A DNA stretch of 63,193 nucleotides, filler included, from Rhabdomonas costata (Eukaryota), in the NCBI GenBank assembly GCA_019059605.1. It is 48 parts of 48 records of this genome, joined end to end, with 100 filler letters (N's around TTAATTAATTAA, not from the genome) between each part and the next. Parts side by side here need not be neighbours in the genome. Positions count along the whole stretch, not along the records: positions 48,795 to 50,012 come from JAHMHO010023165.1; positions 50,113 to 51,330 come from JAHMHO010023166.1; positions 51,431 to 52,648 come from JAHMHO010023167.1; positions 52,749 to 53,966 come from JAHMHO010023168.1; positions 54,067 to 55,284 come from JAHMHO010023169.1; positions 55,385 to 56,603 come from JAHMHO010023170.1; positions 56,704 to 57,922 come from JAHMHO010023171.1; positions 58,023 to 59,239 come from JAHMHO010023172.1; 40 more parts are not named here. The stretch is one strand, 5' to 3'. The notes under the pieces are model-generated. The model was not told the origin of the DNA. It worked only from the letters and a program-made list of their open reading frames with translations, and ran no database searches. Below are positions 49,601-61,846 of this stretch, in pieces. The translations under genes and the position numbers were made by a program. Position 1 is the first letter of the stretch, and each line of letters begins with the position of its first letter.

Positions 49601-51224
49601 ACGTAGTTCACAATGTATTTCAGTTGTGCACCAGTGTCGTGTCCTTCACCGCTTCAAGTACCGCAGATGTTATCAGAGGCTCCCACAAGCAAGCAAACTG
49701 CCCTAGAGGCGCTCTTGGCAATACGGAAGAGGACTCATCAACCGTATACAACATGAGCGTATCATATACAAAGTGATGCGCGATTTTGTGAGGACAAAAT
49801 GACGTGAAGACTATAACTTTGCTTCAATACAAAGCTCCAGTAGCTTGCAGTGCGTGTATTAAATGGCAAAAAGGTAATGTAAATTACATTGGAAATTGTG
49901 GCCGGTGTTCAAGTGGTAAGCAGCAGCAACGACACAGTTGGCAAACACAGTGACATTGTTACACACTGAACTGCAGTAACGTACTCACCTTGAGATTCCA
50001 CGCAAACACCCCNNNNNNNNNNNNNNNNNNNNNNNNNNNNNNNNNNNNNNNNNNNNTTAATTAATTAANNNNNNNNNNNNNNNNNNNNNNNNNNNNNNNN
50101 NNNNNNNNNNNNGGTTTGTGGGCCGCACCTACCGGCTATGGTGCGCCTGGAAGAACACTGGGCTCTTCGAAGACTCCTCGGGGGGGCCATTTTCTGACAC
50201 CAGCGGAGGTGCTCACCAGCAGTCCGCCGCCTCGCTGGCGTCCTCGCTTGCTGTGTCGGCCGCCTCCTCCTCCTCGTCGGCATCCCTGGAGAGTGGTGGG
50301 CCACCACAGCACGAGCTCCCGCTGCTGCTGGGGTGCACCCTCAGCATGGCCTGCCTGGAGATCCGCATCCCGGTGTACCAGGAGTGGGCGGTCCACTTCC
50401 ACCTCCCCGGGCAGTCCGCCTCGCTGCTGTTAGACGAGGGCGAGCGGTGCGCGCATTGCGTTGCTTGCTTGCTGTAAGGCGACAATGTTTCTCCCTTGTG
50501 CATTTTTAAATGTGCTCTGGTTGTGACCCGAATGCCGACGAGGTGTTGCAGGGCTCGGACATCGGCAGAGTTGTGCCTGAGTGTGTGCATCCACGCTACG
50601 TCTACGAACGTCAACACTTCGCTTATGAGTGCGCGGCCTGGTATGAGTGAAAGTGGATCGGGTCACCAAAAGCCTCCCCAATCTGGCCGTACCACACAAC
50701 GAAGCATATAAAGAAGGAGTTCAGGCCCAGTGGGGTTTTTTGTTTGGTGGGTCTGGTGTGGAGGGGCCACCTACGCGTGTCTGCAGTTCTAGTATTTTCA
50801 GTTTCGGTCCCTTTTGCTGTCCACAGGTTTGCTTTCAACGTTCACCTGACAAGCCCTTCAGTGCATTTTGTCCCCTACTCTGCGGACAATTCCAACCTGT
50901 CGGCTCTCACGTGCCCCACGTTTACCCTTCACACGCACACACACAAACACGCCAGCCTGGAGTCGCTTCTCTCTTTTCTATCTTTGGATCTTGTCCTGAT
51001 TGTCCTAATGTAACGCCTCGCGTTCTTCTCTAGCCCATCGTCTTTCTCAACCCTGCCTCTTCCCGTGCGACGTTTTTGAGGGCAATTACATTCTCATGCA
51101 CGCAATTTTCGGGCGCAGAAGGTGCAAAAATAGACCTGTCATGCAACCCATGCCTCCCGGTCCACCCAGAGTTAAGGCGAACCGCCACTGCGAAGATATT
51201 CCACCCCCGTCCAATGCTGTTCAG

Positions 51225-51321
51225 GCGGCGGTGTTCTACGAGAAGTTCTCCGAGTGGCTGCAAGCCCTACTGAGCGCTGGGGTGCGGCCCGTGTTTGTGG
51301 TGGATGGGCTGGCGCCTCCCC
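51225..51321 (+). CDS. PIN/XPG-N family (asteroid/FEN1-like) nuclease-domain exon, partial
   Basis: After a CAG acceptor: AAVFYEKFSEWLQALLSAGVRPVFVVDGLAPP, matching the LxxxGIxPxFVFDG motif. Confidence 0.75.
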
Positions 51322-52368
51322 CACACAACCNNNNNNNNNNNNNNNNNNNNNNNNNNNNNNNNNNNNNNNNNNNNTTAATTAATTAANNNNNNNNNNNNNN
51401 NNNNNNNNNNNNNNNNNNNNNNNNNNNNNNGCTGGTGTGTTTGTCTTTGCGTGTGTGTGGTTGCGGAATCGCAGGAAATTTCTTCCAGAAGATTCAGAGG
51501 ATCGGAAAATGGGGTGAGGCGCCTCATAACCAGGAGATTGCAACTCAACCCCCTCCCCCGTGAACCATTTTTGGTTCGCGAATCACTTCGTTCAGGCCAT
51601 ACAAGTGCGTTTGGTTCTTTCTCTCAGATGGGATGGAATTAATTGGGCGCGAAGGCCCGAGGGGTTCAGACGGAGCCATATCACCCCCAATTTGCATTCA
51701 CACACGCATACCCCAACTTCGCCCATCCTTTCCCAGAAGTGTTGGTTGCACATCTTCACGTTCGTGAAGCAAGTGGTTCGCGGGGGTGGGGTGGGGGTCG
51801 AGCATGGGCCAAAGATTGCCAGGACAGCACGTGCACATATGCTCTCAATCGCCCGTGCGGGTTGGTGAATCAATTGTGTGAGGGGAGATGGGTAGGTGGG
51901 CCTGTGCCTGCGTGCCTTCGATCTGCTCGTTTGGTTAAAGTGGTGTCAATGGTTCACTGTTTTTGTCGCCCTGGCATTGGCATGGACAAAGTTTTGGATT
52001 TGGGACATGGAGGGCTGAAAAAGCCAAGGCAAAAAGCGACAAACCGAAAGTCAAATGCTAAGAAAAGATGCCCTTAGCACAGAACGCTCGCTCCCTGGGC
52101 GCTCGCAGCGGTAGAAGTGGAGTTTTTAGTGATACATTTACACCCAGGATTCACAGAAGTTTGGGCACTGGTGCTGGCTTTCAGGGCTCAAAGCAGACAC
52201 TGGGCCATGTATTGCGTAAGCAGGGGACGGTTTGATCATCACAAGTTCTCAACAATGCCATGAAAGAAGTGGACAGCAAACAAAGAAAACAGCACGCGTC
52301 AGCTTTGATTCACCAGCTGGCCTCTCTTGCTTTTCCTGTGGTAGCTTTTGAGAGAAGGCGGAGCGCAC

Positions 52369-52606
52369 CATCACACAGTCGCCGATGTATTTATCAATGG
52401 TGCCGCGGTTGTCTGCTACGGCTTGGGAGATGGAGTCGAAGTAGTCCGTCAGGATACCCAGCAGCGTCTTGATGTCCGTGGACTCGCACAGCGTGGTGAA
52501 GCCCACGAGGTCGCAGAACATGATCGTCAGGTTGCGGCACACCATGTGCATCCCAATGTGCTGGCGGTCCGCGATAAGATCCCGAAGCAGGGCAAGCGGG
52601 ACATAC
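52369..52606 (-). CDS. Class III adenylate/guanylate cyclase catalytic domain exon
   Basis: AG...GT-bounded exon YVPLALLRDLI...RNLTIMFCDLVGFTTLCES...LTDYFDSISQAVADNRGTIDKYIGDCVM. Both metal-binding Asp residues and the ATP-specifying Lys (DKYIGD) are present. Confidence 0.95.
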
Positions 52607-54549
52607 CTTTTGGGGGAACGCAAACGCTTCAGGTACTGCCCAAAAAACNNNNNNNNNNNNNNNNNNNNNNNNNNNNNNNNNNNNNNNNNNNNTTAATTAA
52701 TTAANNNNNNNNNNNNNNNNNNNNNNNNNNNNNNNNNNNNNNNNNNNNGGGGTTGGTGGCGTACAATTCCTCCCCAGAACATTGGGGTGTGTGTGCATTC
52801 AGCTGTATCCGTATGTCTGCGTTTAGAGTACGTTTTTAGCGCGCTGCACTTACGGCGTGTCTTTGTGGTGGGCTTTTTTCAACAGAGAGAAGGTGCACCA
52901 AGTGGAGGCCAGTATCTGGAGAGAGACATCATCTTTGATCTGGGTTATTAGGGAGTGACCGACACTGGGTCGTTCCAGGTCCCCTCATTAAGCCTTTTTT
53001 GTCTGAGCAATCCGCTCCGGCCGCCACTGGACCTATTGGATCTAATGCTTTCCCCTCTTTCGTGTCTCACGACCGTACTGCGAGGTTATTCCGAATAGCG
53101 ACGTTATATCATGTACTCCCAAAGGTGCCCACACAGCCCACACACTGGAACTACTGCAATGAACTACGACGAACTTAAGAAAGGACTTAAGAAACTTTTA
53201 GCCGCCCCAGTAACTTATGGGGTCCTCTTCATTTTCGAGCGGGGGTGAATGTGTTTAACTGTAAAACGCGAAAAACGCGAACTCGAACAATAACGATTGA
53301 AATACTGAAAGTCATACGCGGACGAATCCATCTCGCTATGTTTAATCCTTGCACCCAGACACTTTCAAGGATAAACTTCCTCAGATTCCAATTGCAACCT
53401 CACGAAAACCCAGCTGCAGCGACTTCGGGGACAGTAGATATGGAAACATGGAATCAGGTGACATCGAAATTCAGTTATCCATGTGCAGGGCGTTAGAAGA
53501 ATCGTAGAGGTGCAGAAGGTGATACTCGTTTGGGTTCAGGGGGGGGGGGATAATTCTGTCACCAGCGTTGGGTTAGCACTGCAGGGACGCATCTAGATGG
53601 GTGAGGGGCTGTACTGCGGCATGCCCCTCGCCTGCAATGATAAACCCATCTCCCCTGTTCTTTGGCATATCTCTCCAGAGCTTCCACGTTTCTTTTTTTC
53701 TTGTGCTACTTCCCCTCCCCTGCGTTTCGTCGGGGACCCGCGCTTCTACACCCCTGTACTGCGCCAACCCGCTATCCCCCCTGTCTCCCTCTCTTTCTCA
53801 CCAGTCTCTCTATACGGTCCAGTGTTTCCCATCACCATCACCATCACCACCACCATCAACACCACCACCCGATAATCTATGCGCCCCTTTTAATTCATAT
53901 ATTCATATGGGTTCTCCACGCCTTCCCCCGCGTCGGCCCAGGTGCGACCACACCAAACACACCCCCNNNNNNNNNNNNNNNNNNNNNNNNNNNNNNNNNN
54001 NNNNNNNNNNTTAATTAATTAANNNNNNNNNNNNNNNNNNNNNNNNNNNNNNNNNNNNNNNNNNNNGGGGTTTTGTTGGTGCGAACAACTGGGCACCACG
54101 GGCCCTCTTTGTTGACATGTCCCTCCACACGCCTATCGAGCTGTGTGCTTCTGGGAATGATTGAGTACGTACTGCTTCCAGATCTGGTGTTTCCACCACT
54201 GGGATTATATTCCGTGACTTGTTGCGCAGCCATTTCGTCACCGTCACCGATTTTTGGTGGTGTGCCGCTCCAGGAGATTGCCATGATTCCCCTGCGGTGG
54301 CTGGGTTTTTACCCCTGCTACTTGACTTCTTTTGCTGCTGCCTCGTCTTGTGCCTCTTGATGAGGGCTGCTGCTGAAGGCCAACCTATCACTGGCCTTCC
54401 AGTGGACTACACCGCCAGTGCCATGGTGGTAGCCCTACTACTACTACTTCAGCCGTGCTCTTTGATTGTCCCCACACACCGGTGCCAGCCTTCTGCCGCC
54501 CCACATCCCCTCATCTCCTCATGCGCTTCTCTCCTTCTTCCTCGCATAG

Positions 54550-55275
54550 CCCATCGTCGGAGAGACGGAGCTGTGGGTGGGGGGCCTGCCGCACGACCTC
54601 ACCGACGCGGATGTGCGATCTTTGTTTGGGCGGTACGGTCGGGTGGACCGGCTGGACCTGCGCAAGGGATGGTGCTTTTTGAAGTACGTCCAGCCCGAAG
54701 ACGCTGCAGATGCTGTTCGGTATGTGTGCGTGTTTACCACCCAATAGGTGTGCAGAAGGGGCGGAAAGGCGGCCACGGCGCTATTTTTGAACCTGTCTAT
54801 GTATTTGTGCGGCCTTGTCCGGCTGCATGAGGCGACGCGAGTCACACACGCATGGCAGAGAATGCCAGCACAGAGAATGCCTGCAGGCCCGTGTGAAGGT
54901 CAAGCTTAAGGGTGAGCCGGTGCCCGACGTCCGCTTCCTTGTGCACTCTTTAAGATTTCCGCCAATACTGGTTGGTCATTTCCACTCGTGTGACAATAGA
55001 CGCTTGCTCCTTCGTTGCAGATCAATGCTGAGGAATGAGGAAGGTCTTCCCTCCCAGCCTCCCTTATGATGAGGAAGTCCTCCACTCATTCTCATTCTGT
55101 CTCCCAAAGTCCCCAGTGCCCTCGCCTATCACCTCTGCCTCTCCCATATCCTTAGCAACATGAACGGCAAGCTTGTCCAAGGCCGCCATCTGAAGGTGCA
55201 GTTCCGCCTGGAGAAGGGCGCCACTCCGGCGTTCCGCCGGCCTGGGGGGCCCCTGCCCCCTCGGGGTGGCCCTCC
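54550..55275 (+). CDS. RRM protein with Pro/Gly-rich tail (exons 54550-54719 and 55156-contig end; absent from the ORF track)
   Basis: An in-frame GT-AG intron at 54720-55155 gives TELWVGGLPHDLTDADVRSLFGRYGRVDRLDLRKGWCFLKYVQPEDAADAVR|NMNGKLVQGRHLKVQF, a complete RRM. Confidence 0.93.
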
Positions 55276-55384
55276 CCCACCAACNNNNNNNNNNNNNNNN
55301 NNNNNNNNNNNNNNNNNNNNNNNNNNNNTTAATTAATTAANNNNNNNNNNNNNNNNNNNNNNNNNNNNNNNNNNNNNNNNNNNN

Positions 55385-56603
55385 CCTCTGGAATCAACTC
55401 TGGAAGAGACTCCGCACCCTGTGGAACGGTCACCACCATGGGCTCGCTTCTTTCTGCAACCAAACGACATCCAGCCGTGTTGACGCCTGGGTCATTTGGG
55501 GTGTCGCTCCCATCATCCCCTGCTACTCTGGAACCATGGGGGCACAACCCCGACCCTTTCCGTACTTGAGAGATATGTGGAAGCTCTGAAACAACTTCCT
55601 CCGGCTCGGCTTCCATCATCATGTAGTTTGGCACGTAATTCTGAAAGAATCCACTGCTGGAAGCGCCTGAATGTCGTAAATCCTTCCGCCTCTCCAAACC
55701 TTGACAGACCTACGCTTCCAGTCAATCTGCGGCTGTAGCCTCGTCAAAAACAGATAGCCCAGAACCACTGGAATTGCCGTGTGAATCACTCTCAAAAACA
55801 ACTTAGTTGGGGTGGTACCTAATTTCCAGACAATTCGCACAAAATTGGTCACGGGGAGTACTTCTCCATTCGCTACTATCACCGCGAGCCTTTGCTGCAA
55901 CGGGTACTTCTGCAAACGGAATCTCTGCACCACTTCTTGACTTATAAACGAATCTGAAGCTCCGGAATCTAACAGCGCTCTTACCTGCGTAACATCAATG
56001 GCTGAGGGGGGGGAGGGTCTGGAAGATCAGAAAGTAACCCCACACCTCCCTTACGTTTCTCTGGAATGGCAAGACGAACAACGGAACGTGTGTACTCCAT
56101 GCCACTCTCCGAATACTGCTGACCGTTGTCTCTGCACACACCTCTGACATCTCCTCTGAAATGTCTTCAGCCAGCACACTCCACTCACACAACTCTGTGG
56201 AACTCCCTGGCTCCACTGACCGCTTCCGAATCTTAGGCAAATGTTCCCACCTTACTCTTATAGAGATTTCTCCTTCTGCACCCAACACCGTCAATTGGTG
56301 GTTTTCGACCTCTCTGGAAACCTCTGAAAGTGGATGGTGGCTAACAACCGCTAACTCAGCATTAGTTAATGGTTCTCCGCACAACATTTCCCGCAATTCT
56401 CGCCTGCTCTGGACCGATTCCGGCTCTTCCTTATTACTCCTCTGAGATTTCTGAACCCCACCGGAACCGCTCCGCTCTGCATCAGACTTCAACACCATTA
56501 ATGATCCCGCTCGTGCACTTTCTGGCTTATGGAAACTGGTCTGAGGCTCTGCCCCATTCATCACCCCCTTCTACGCGACTTGTTACACGTTTGCCTCTGG
56601 AGT
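55385..56603 (-). mobile_element. Ty3/gypsy-type retrotransposon fragment (copy 2, frameshifted)
   Basis: TQVRALLDSGASDSFISQEVVQRFRLQKYPLQQRLAVIVANGE...IPVVLGYLFLTRLQPQIDWKRRSVKV. The upstream spacer aligns with 22780-23290. Confidence 0.88.
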
Positions 56604-57350
56604 NNNNNNNNNNNNNNNNNNNNNNNNNNNNNNNNNNNNNNNNNNNNTTAATTAATTAANNNNNNNNNNNNNNNNNNNNNNNNNNNNNNNNNNNNNNNNN
56701 NNNACAGCAAGTGCGCCTTAGTCCGGACTTTTTTGCCGCGGAATAACCCTTCAGTTCCGGCATTGGCTTTGATGACGCGGTGCCAATCCATCTTTGGAAG
56801 CATCGGCCATACCAAAAGCCAGTTGCCAAAAAAGTGGGTGAAGGGCCTAAGTTGTGCAGTTTTGGGTTAAGGAACCGCAGGCTACCTGCGGGGTTCAAAC
56901 GGGCACAAGGGGAAGGAGCATAGAGGTCATCTTTGTTGAGTTGCGGCGTTTGGCCAAGTATTTCGGGCCGAAATGTAGACCGCGCAAGGCGGCACTGAAA
57001 CGGGGCTGCGAACGGCTGGTTGGGCCCGCCCTTCCCAGTTCCTGCACTGTTGTTGGCCGCTAACGCCCCACCGCTGTAAGCATCCCCTGGTTCTGATTTT
57101 GTGATGTTAGTAGAATCTAATTATTTGTGAATTTGGTCCAATTGCAAAACCAACCTCGAAAACAGGCGAGCTGTGCAACAACTGAAAAAATGGTATGTAT
57201 TGCCTGCATTAGACGAGGCCTTTGTGTGCTCCCAATGAAAGGCACAGCAACAGCAGCAACACCAGTCAATGTGTCAATGTGTCTCACAAAGAGACTGACG
57301 AGAAGAAACGTCTGAGCCCTCACACTTCCATACAGCTAGACGTCAAAACG

Positions 57351-57385
57351 AAAACAAAACAAAACAAAACAAAACAAAACAAAAC
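57351..57385 (+). repeat. (AAAAC)n simple repeat
   Basis: About seven copies, visible directly. Confidence 0.9.
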
Positions 57386-57620
57386 TAATGGTAAACCAAA
57401 CCTCTAAATCACCCCAGGAATATCATAAGAAAAGACAATTGTCATGGCAAACAAAAATGATCGAACGCCAAGAAACGAGTAGTAGTACAAATACTCACAC
57501 ACATTTATACCTCACTTCGTGAGGAAACAAAACTGCAGGGAAAAAGGATGGTCAGGAAAAGGGTCGAAAAAAAGGGCGGAAAAGCATGGCTGCTTGGCTA
57601 GCCTCGCTTAATAACGTTGC

Positions 57621-57870
57621 CTACTGGCCTGCCTCGTCGGCATCCTGAGGGAGCTCAGAGGTATCCTGGGAGAGCTCGGAGGTGTCGCCCCATGGCCAGG
57701 GCTCCAGTTGGCAGTGGTATATGTTGTGGGTCTCGCTCTGCTGGCGGGCCAGAGTCTGCAGGAGGTACTTATGCGGGACCATCTTGGGCTTCGCACGCAG
57801 CCAGTGACGGAACTGGCCCACCCACCGCAGCAACTCCTCCACAAGGGCGATGTTGGTAGAGTCACAAAAC
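57621..57870 (-). CDS. Terminal exon of an unknown protein
   Basis: A TAG acceptor precedes the GC3-rich frame FCDSTNIALVEELLRWVGQFRHWLRAKPKMVPHKYLLQ...DADEAGQ*. Confidence 0.6.
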
Positions 57871-58104
57871 CTACGCCACATCCGTACATTAAAAAGAAAA
57901 GAGAAAGAGAGGCACCAACACANNNNNNNNNNNNNNNNNNNNNNNNNNNNNNNNNNNNNNNNNNNNTTAATTAATTAANNNNNNNNNNNNNNNNNNNNNN
58001 NNNNNNNNNNNNNNNNNNNNNNTGTGTGGGTGGTGTCAATTCGCAGCGACATCACAAAGGGCAAAAGAAGGGGAATCGCGCGGAGCTGGGCTGGGGGGGG
58101 GCAC

Positions 58105-58243
58105 CAGCTTGCACAAAGGGCTGGAAGAGCCGTTGCATGGTTTCCTCAGAGAGCCCGATTCCGGTGTCCTGGACCTCGAAGTGCAGCCGGCTTTGGTCGG
58201 GGCTGACGAAGCACCGCAGGATGACCTTCCCCGCGGGGGTGAA
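58105..58243 (-). CDS. Histidine kinase HATPase_c exon
   Basis: AG...GT-bounded exon FTPAGKVILRC...LHFEVQDTGIGLSEETMQRLFQPFVQA(D), covering the end of the N box (KFT), the G1 box (DTGIG) and the F box. Confidence 0.93.
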
Positions 58244-59709
58244 CTGAAAGCGATGCCACAACCAGCGGAAACCAACGCAATCTGGAGAGCCAGAGAGGAG
58301 GGTACTGAAAATCACTGCAATCATTGGCGGGCAGTGATAAAAGCGACATTGGCACTGAATTGACGAAGATTACTTTTGGGGTGAACTGAACAGGAAGTTA
58401 AACCCCAGCAAGCGGAAAAGTGGATACAGCTCATTCGGTGGTCGTTTGGATTAGAGTTGGTGATCACAAACCCACTGGTACTCATTTCTCCACATTACCT
58501 AACCCAAAGGACTATATCATCAAACTCATCCGTGTATCGCCTACTGCCCCGCAGCGAGACCCACAGCCTTTCGCAGGTGCCTCAGGAGGTCTCGATGTTC
58601 CCAACTACGGTCACCATCGCTCTTTACATCCGACAAAAAAAGGGTTGGTTCCTGGTGGTTAGTATAGGGCCCGGGAACACCGCAAAGATTCGAACAGTGC
58701 TCGGCTTTACTGTCTTCGTACAGCCTGCCTAGGCGGGGCCGACACTTGAGACGCTTGTCCGAGTATCCCATTAGAAGTTCTACAGGGGCGGTGAGCGGGC
58801 GCAGTGAGAAACACTGGGATAGTGGAACACCACAGGAACTCCGATTTCTCGCAGCAGGTTGGAAAGAAGAGCGTGGAGGGATTCCACAAACAAGAAGCTT
58901 TCCCGGGCGGATTAAGAGGCATTATAAGGGCCATCCCAGACCTCAAGGATAAGCAGAATGGCGAACTGCCTTTTTACCCGCCACCCCCGGCACCATGTCT
59001 GCGAGGGATTCCATCCCGCTCGCGCTGACTGACAAAACGAAGGCGCCTTTTTGCTTCTTTTGCTCAACCTTTGGTGCCACAGGTGTTCATGTGCACTCAT
59101 GGCCATCACAGAGCGTTGATGCGCAGACGACAAACAACGCATTACCCCACACACATCACCATACAAATAGACACGCAACTGTGTACGACCAACACCCAGG
59201 CACAGCAGCGCCAGCAGTACAAATGGGCACCACCACCCCNNNNNNNNNNNNNNNNNNNNNNNNNNNNNNNNNNNNNNNNNNNNTTAATTAATTAANNNNN
59301 NNNNNNNNNNNNNNNNNNNNNNNNNNNNNNNNNNNNNNNGGTTGGTGTGCCTAAACTTACTGGGCACAGAAGCACGGAGAGTAGCGTCATTGAATACAGC
59401 TATCCTTATTTGGCACTGCTTCTGTGCATTAAGGATAGCTGTATTCAATGACGCTACTCTCCGTGCTTCTGTACCCAGTAAGTTTAGGCACGCCAAATTT
59501 CTTTCTCCCCTCCCTGGTTTGTTTCTTCGCTTGCTTGCTTGCTTCTTTTGTCTGTTTTGCTTCACCGGAAGATGTGTCTTGAACTGGATACACCCAACAA
59601 TGACAGAGGACAAAGGGGAGCGCTCAAGTGTGGGGGGATATACCGGATTTCGACTGAGGGAAGCTGCCTTGGAACGGCACAGGGCCTGCTCCCTGTCTCA
59701 TTCCCTGAG

Positions 59710-60462
59710 CCTCCTGGAGGGTCTGGGTCTGCTGCTGCTGCAGCGCGGCCAGGTGGTGGTCCAGGGTGGCGCACGCCAGCTCCACCGCGGCGGCAGTGCC
59801 GTAGAGCTGGAGGACGATGTTGGGGGAGCTCCTGGAGTCCACCTTGATGGCCATCAGGGCGCCTGTCTCGGCCTCCAGCTCGTCCACGTTGCGCTTGAAG
59901 AACTTTGCGATGCTTCGGCTGTAGGCCCGCTCGCACAGCACCCGGGGTTCTGGTCCACACAAAGGCAGGTGGTTTCTTAAAAATCGCATTGTGCCAAGTA
60001 CAAACCTCAGAGTTGGGGGGGGGGGGAGCAGGCAGAGGGATACCCGATTCTTTCGAGAAATTTTATTCCAAAATTTTGGATTGTAGGGGCCGCTGCACGC
60101 ACGTCGTATACGGGGCGGAAGGCGTGGGGAACTGCCGGAAGAGTCCTCCTGATGTCCTCCCCTCCATCGACAAGGAAGGAACACATTGTCACCCACTCTA
60201 GAGGCTACTTCCTTCTTGAGGCTCTATCGGATCGTAACGAAAGGGAGGGAGGGGGTCGAAATGTGAATTGCTAAGTTGGAGTTAGGATGAAGGGAGGAGC
60301 GAAAAAAGGAGAAGGGATGGATACCTCCAGTCGAAAAGTTCTGGGGCGATGCGGATGCCCTCAGGTTCTCCAGCACCGCGGTGAGGTACGCCTCGGCGGC
60401 CAGTCCATCCAAGCCGTAGACGGTCACCGTCCGCGAGGCCCACACGAAGTGCAACCAGCACC
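59710..60462 (-). CDS. Protein with tandem degenerate KH-like repeats (exons 60462-60325 and 59949-~59710)
   Basis: An in-frame GT-AG intron lies at 60324-59950. VDELEAETGALMAIKV...IVLQLYGTAAAVELACATL resembles the KH pattern ieeeTGa.I.i...i.I.Gt.eaV..A, but there is no GxxG loop. Confidence 0.55.
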
Positions 60463-61055
60463 CTACAGAGAGCACCGCACGTATGTATGCACACCCGATC
60501 CCACGAACACAACGAACCGAACATGCAAAGTTCTCTCAGGTGTCGCACCACCAACACNNNNNNNNNNNNNNNNNNNNNNNNNNNNNNNNNNNNNNNNNNN
60601 NTTAATTAATTAANNNNNNNNNNNNNNNNNNNNNNNNNNNNNNNNNNNNNNNNNNNNGTCTGTGTGTATGTGACAATGTGGGGATGGTGTCTTTGGGGTC
60701 AAATTTTGCCCAATTTTACGCCATTACTTGAGCTGGGTTGTTGGGAAAAGGTGGGTCTGACTATCGGTCCTGGGCTGTAAAATGATGTTTGGAGCGGCCT
60801 TCTCTCTTTCCTTTGCTGCAATTGCTTGCCTTTCGGTTTGTCCCGTTTATCAGTGGATCTGCTTGACATGCAAGGCACTTGTCAGGAATGGGGGCTTGGT
60901 GGTAGGTATGGCCTTTGCGCAAGAGATTTTTTCAGCATCCTGGAGGGCTTGTATTTTTGGCAAGACCATGCATCGAGCTCGGCATTGTTTATTGATGTTT
61001 GGTTCTTGCAGTTTGCGGGCTTTGTGCTGTCGTGTTTATGCTGCTTGTGGTTCAG

Positions 61056-61846
61056 GTACGGCCCAAATTTCATGAAGGAGGACGTGGACATGGCCACCCT
61101 GCCCTTCCTCACTGAGGCTGACCTGGAGAAGATCGGCGTGGGCTCCGTGGGGGCCCGCCGCAAGATCCTAGCCACTGCCCGTATCAATGGTGCATGCCTC
61201 TGCATCCCCTCCCTCCCTCCCGTTTTTTTGGTTTCATGACTTCTGCGTGATTTTTTCGGGCGGAGCGGGTGGTATGGTGGTGTAATTTTGCATCCTGTGT
61301 GGTGATGGAGATGAGATCAGCGAGAAAAAATCCTCCGCGCCAGCAAGAACAGAGGATGTTAGAGGGAAGCAAGCCCAACGGGTGGGTTGGTGTAGCAAAA
61401 GTGGGTGAGAAAGCGAAAGAAATATGCAAGGTGAGAGAGGACGGGAGAAGCGAAGGATAAAGTCGAAACCAGGAGGAAAGAAAAAAGCGAGAATTGGAAG
61501 AGCAGGTGGAGAGGAAGCAAGGGGAACCGAGCAGGTAAAGAGAAAGGTTGACCATATGAGTGGACTCCGAGCATTTTCCACACAGCTCGGCTAGAAATCC
61601 ATGCGAAGACCAGGGATATACCAGAGCGGAGAATCAGGCTCCCAGAAGAATTTATGTCATTCTGAATATTACACAGGGAGGTTATACATATTATTGTTCT
61701 TCTGTAGCAAAAGAAATATACATCGGATCATTGACATTGTACCTATATCTGCTAAAAAGCCCTTCCTGCTGCTGATACTTATCATTTGTCTGCACTCAGA
61801 GTCTCCGCTCTGTGTGGTTTGCATGGACACCCCCCGCTCCATTGTC
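61056..61846 (+). CDS. SAM domain followed by the start of a RING finger (exons 61056-61189 and 61800-~61846)
   Basis: YGPNFMKEDVDMATLPFLTEADLEKIGVGSVGARRKIL (SAM) splices through a GT-AG intron at 61190-61799 to ESPLCVVCMDTPRSIV (RING-HC start CVVCMD). Confidence 0.88.
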
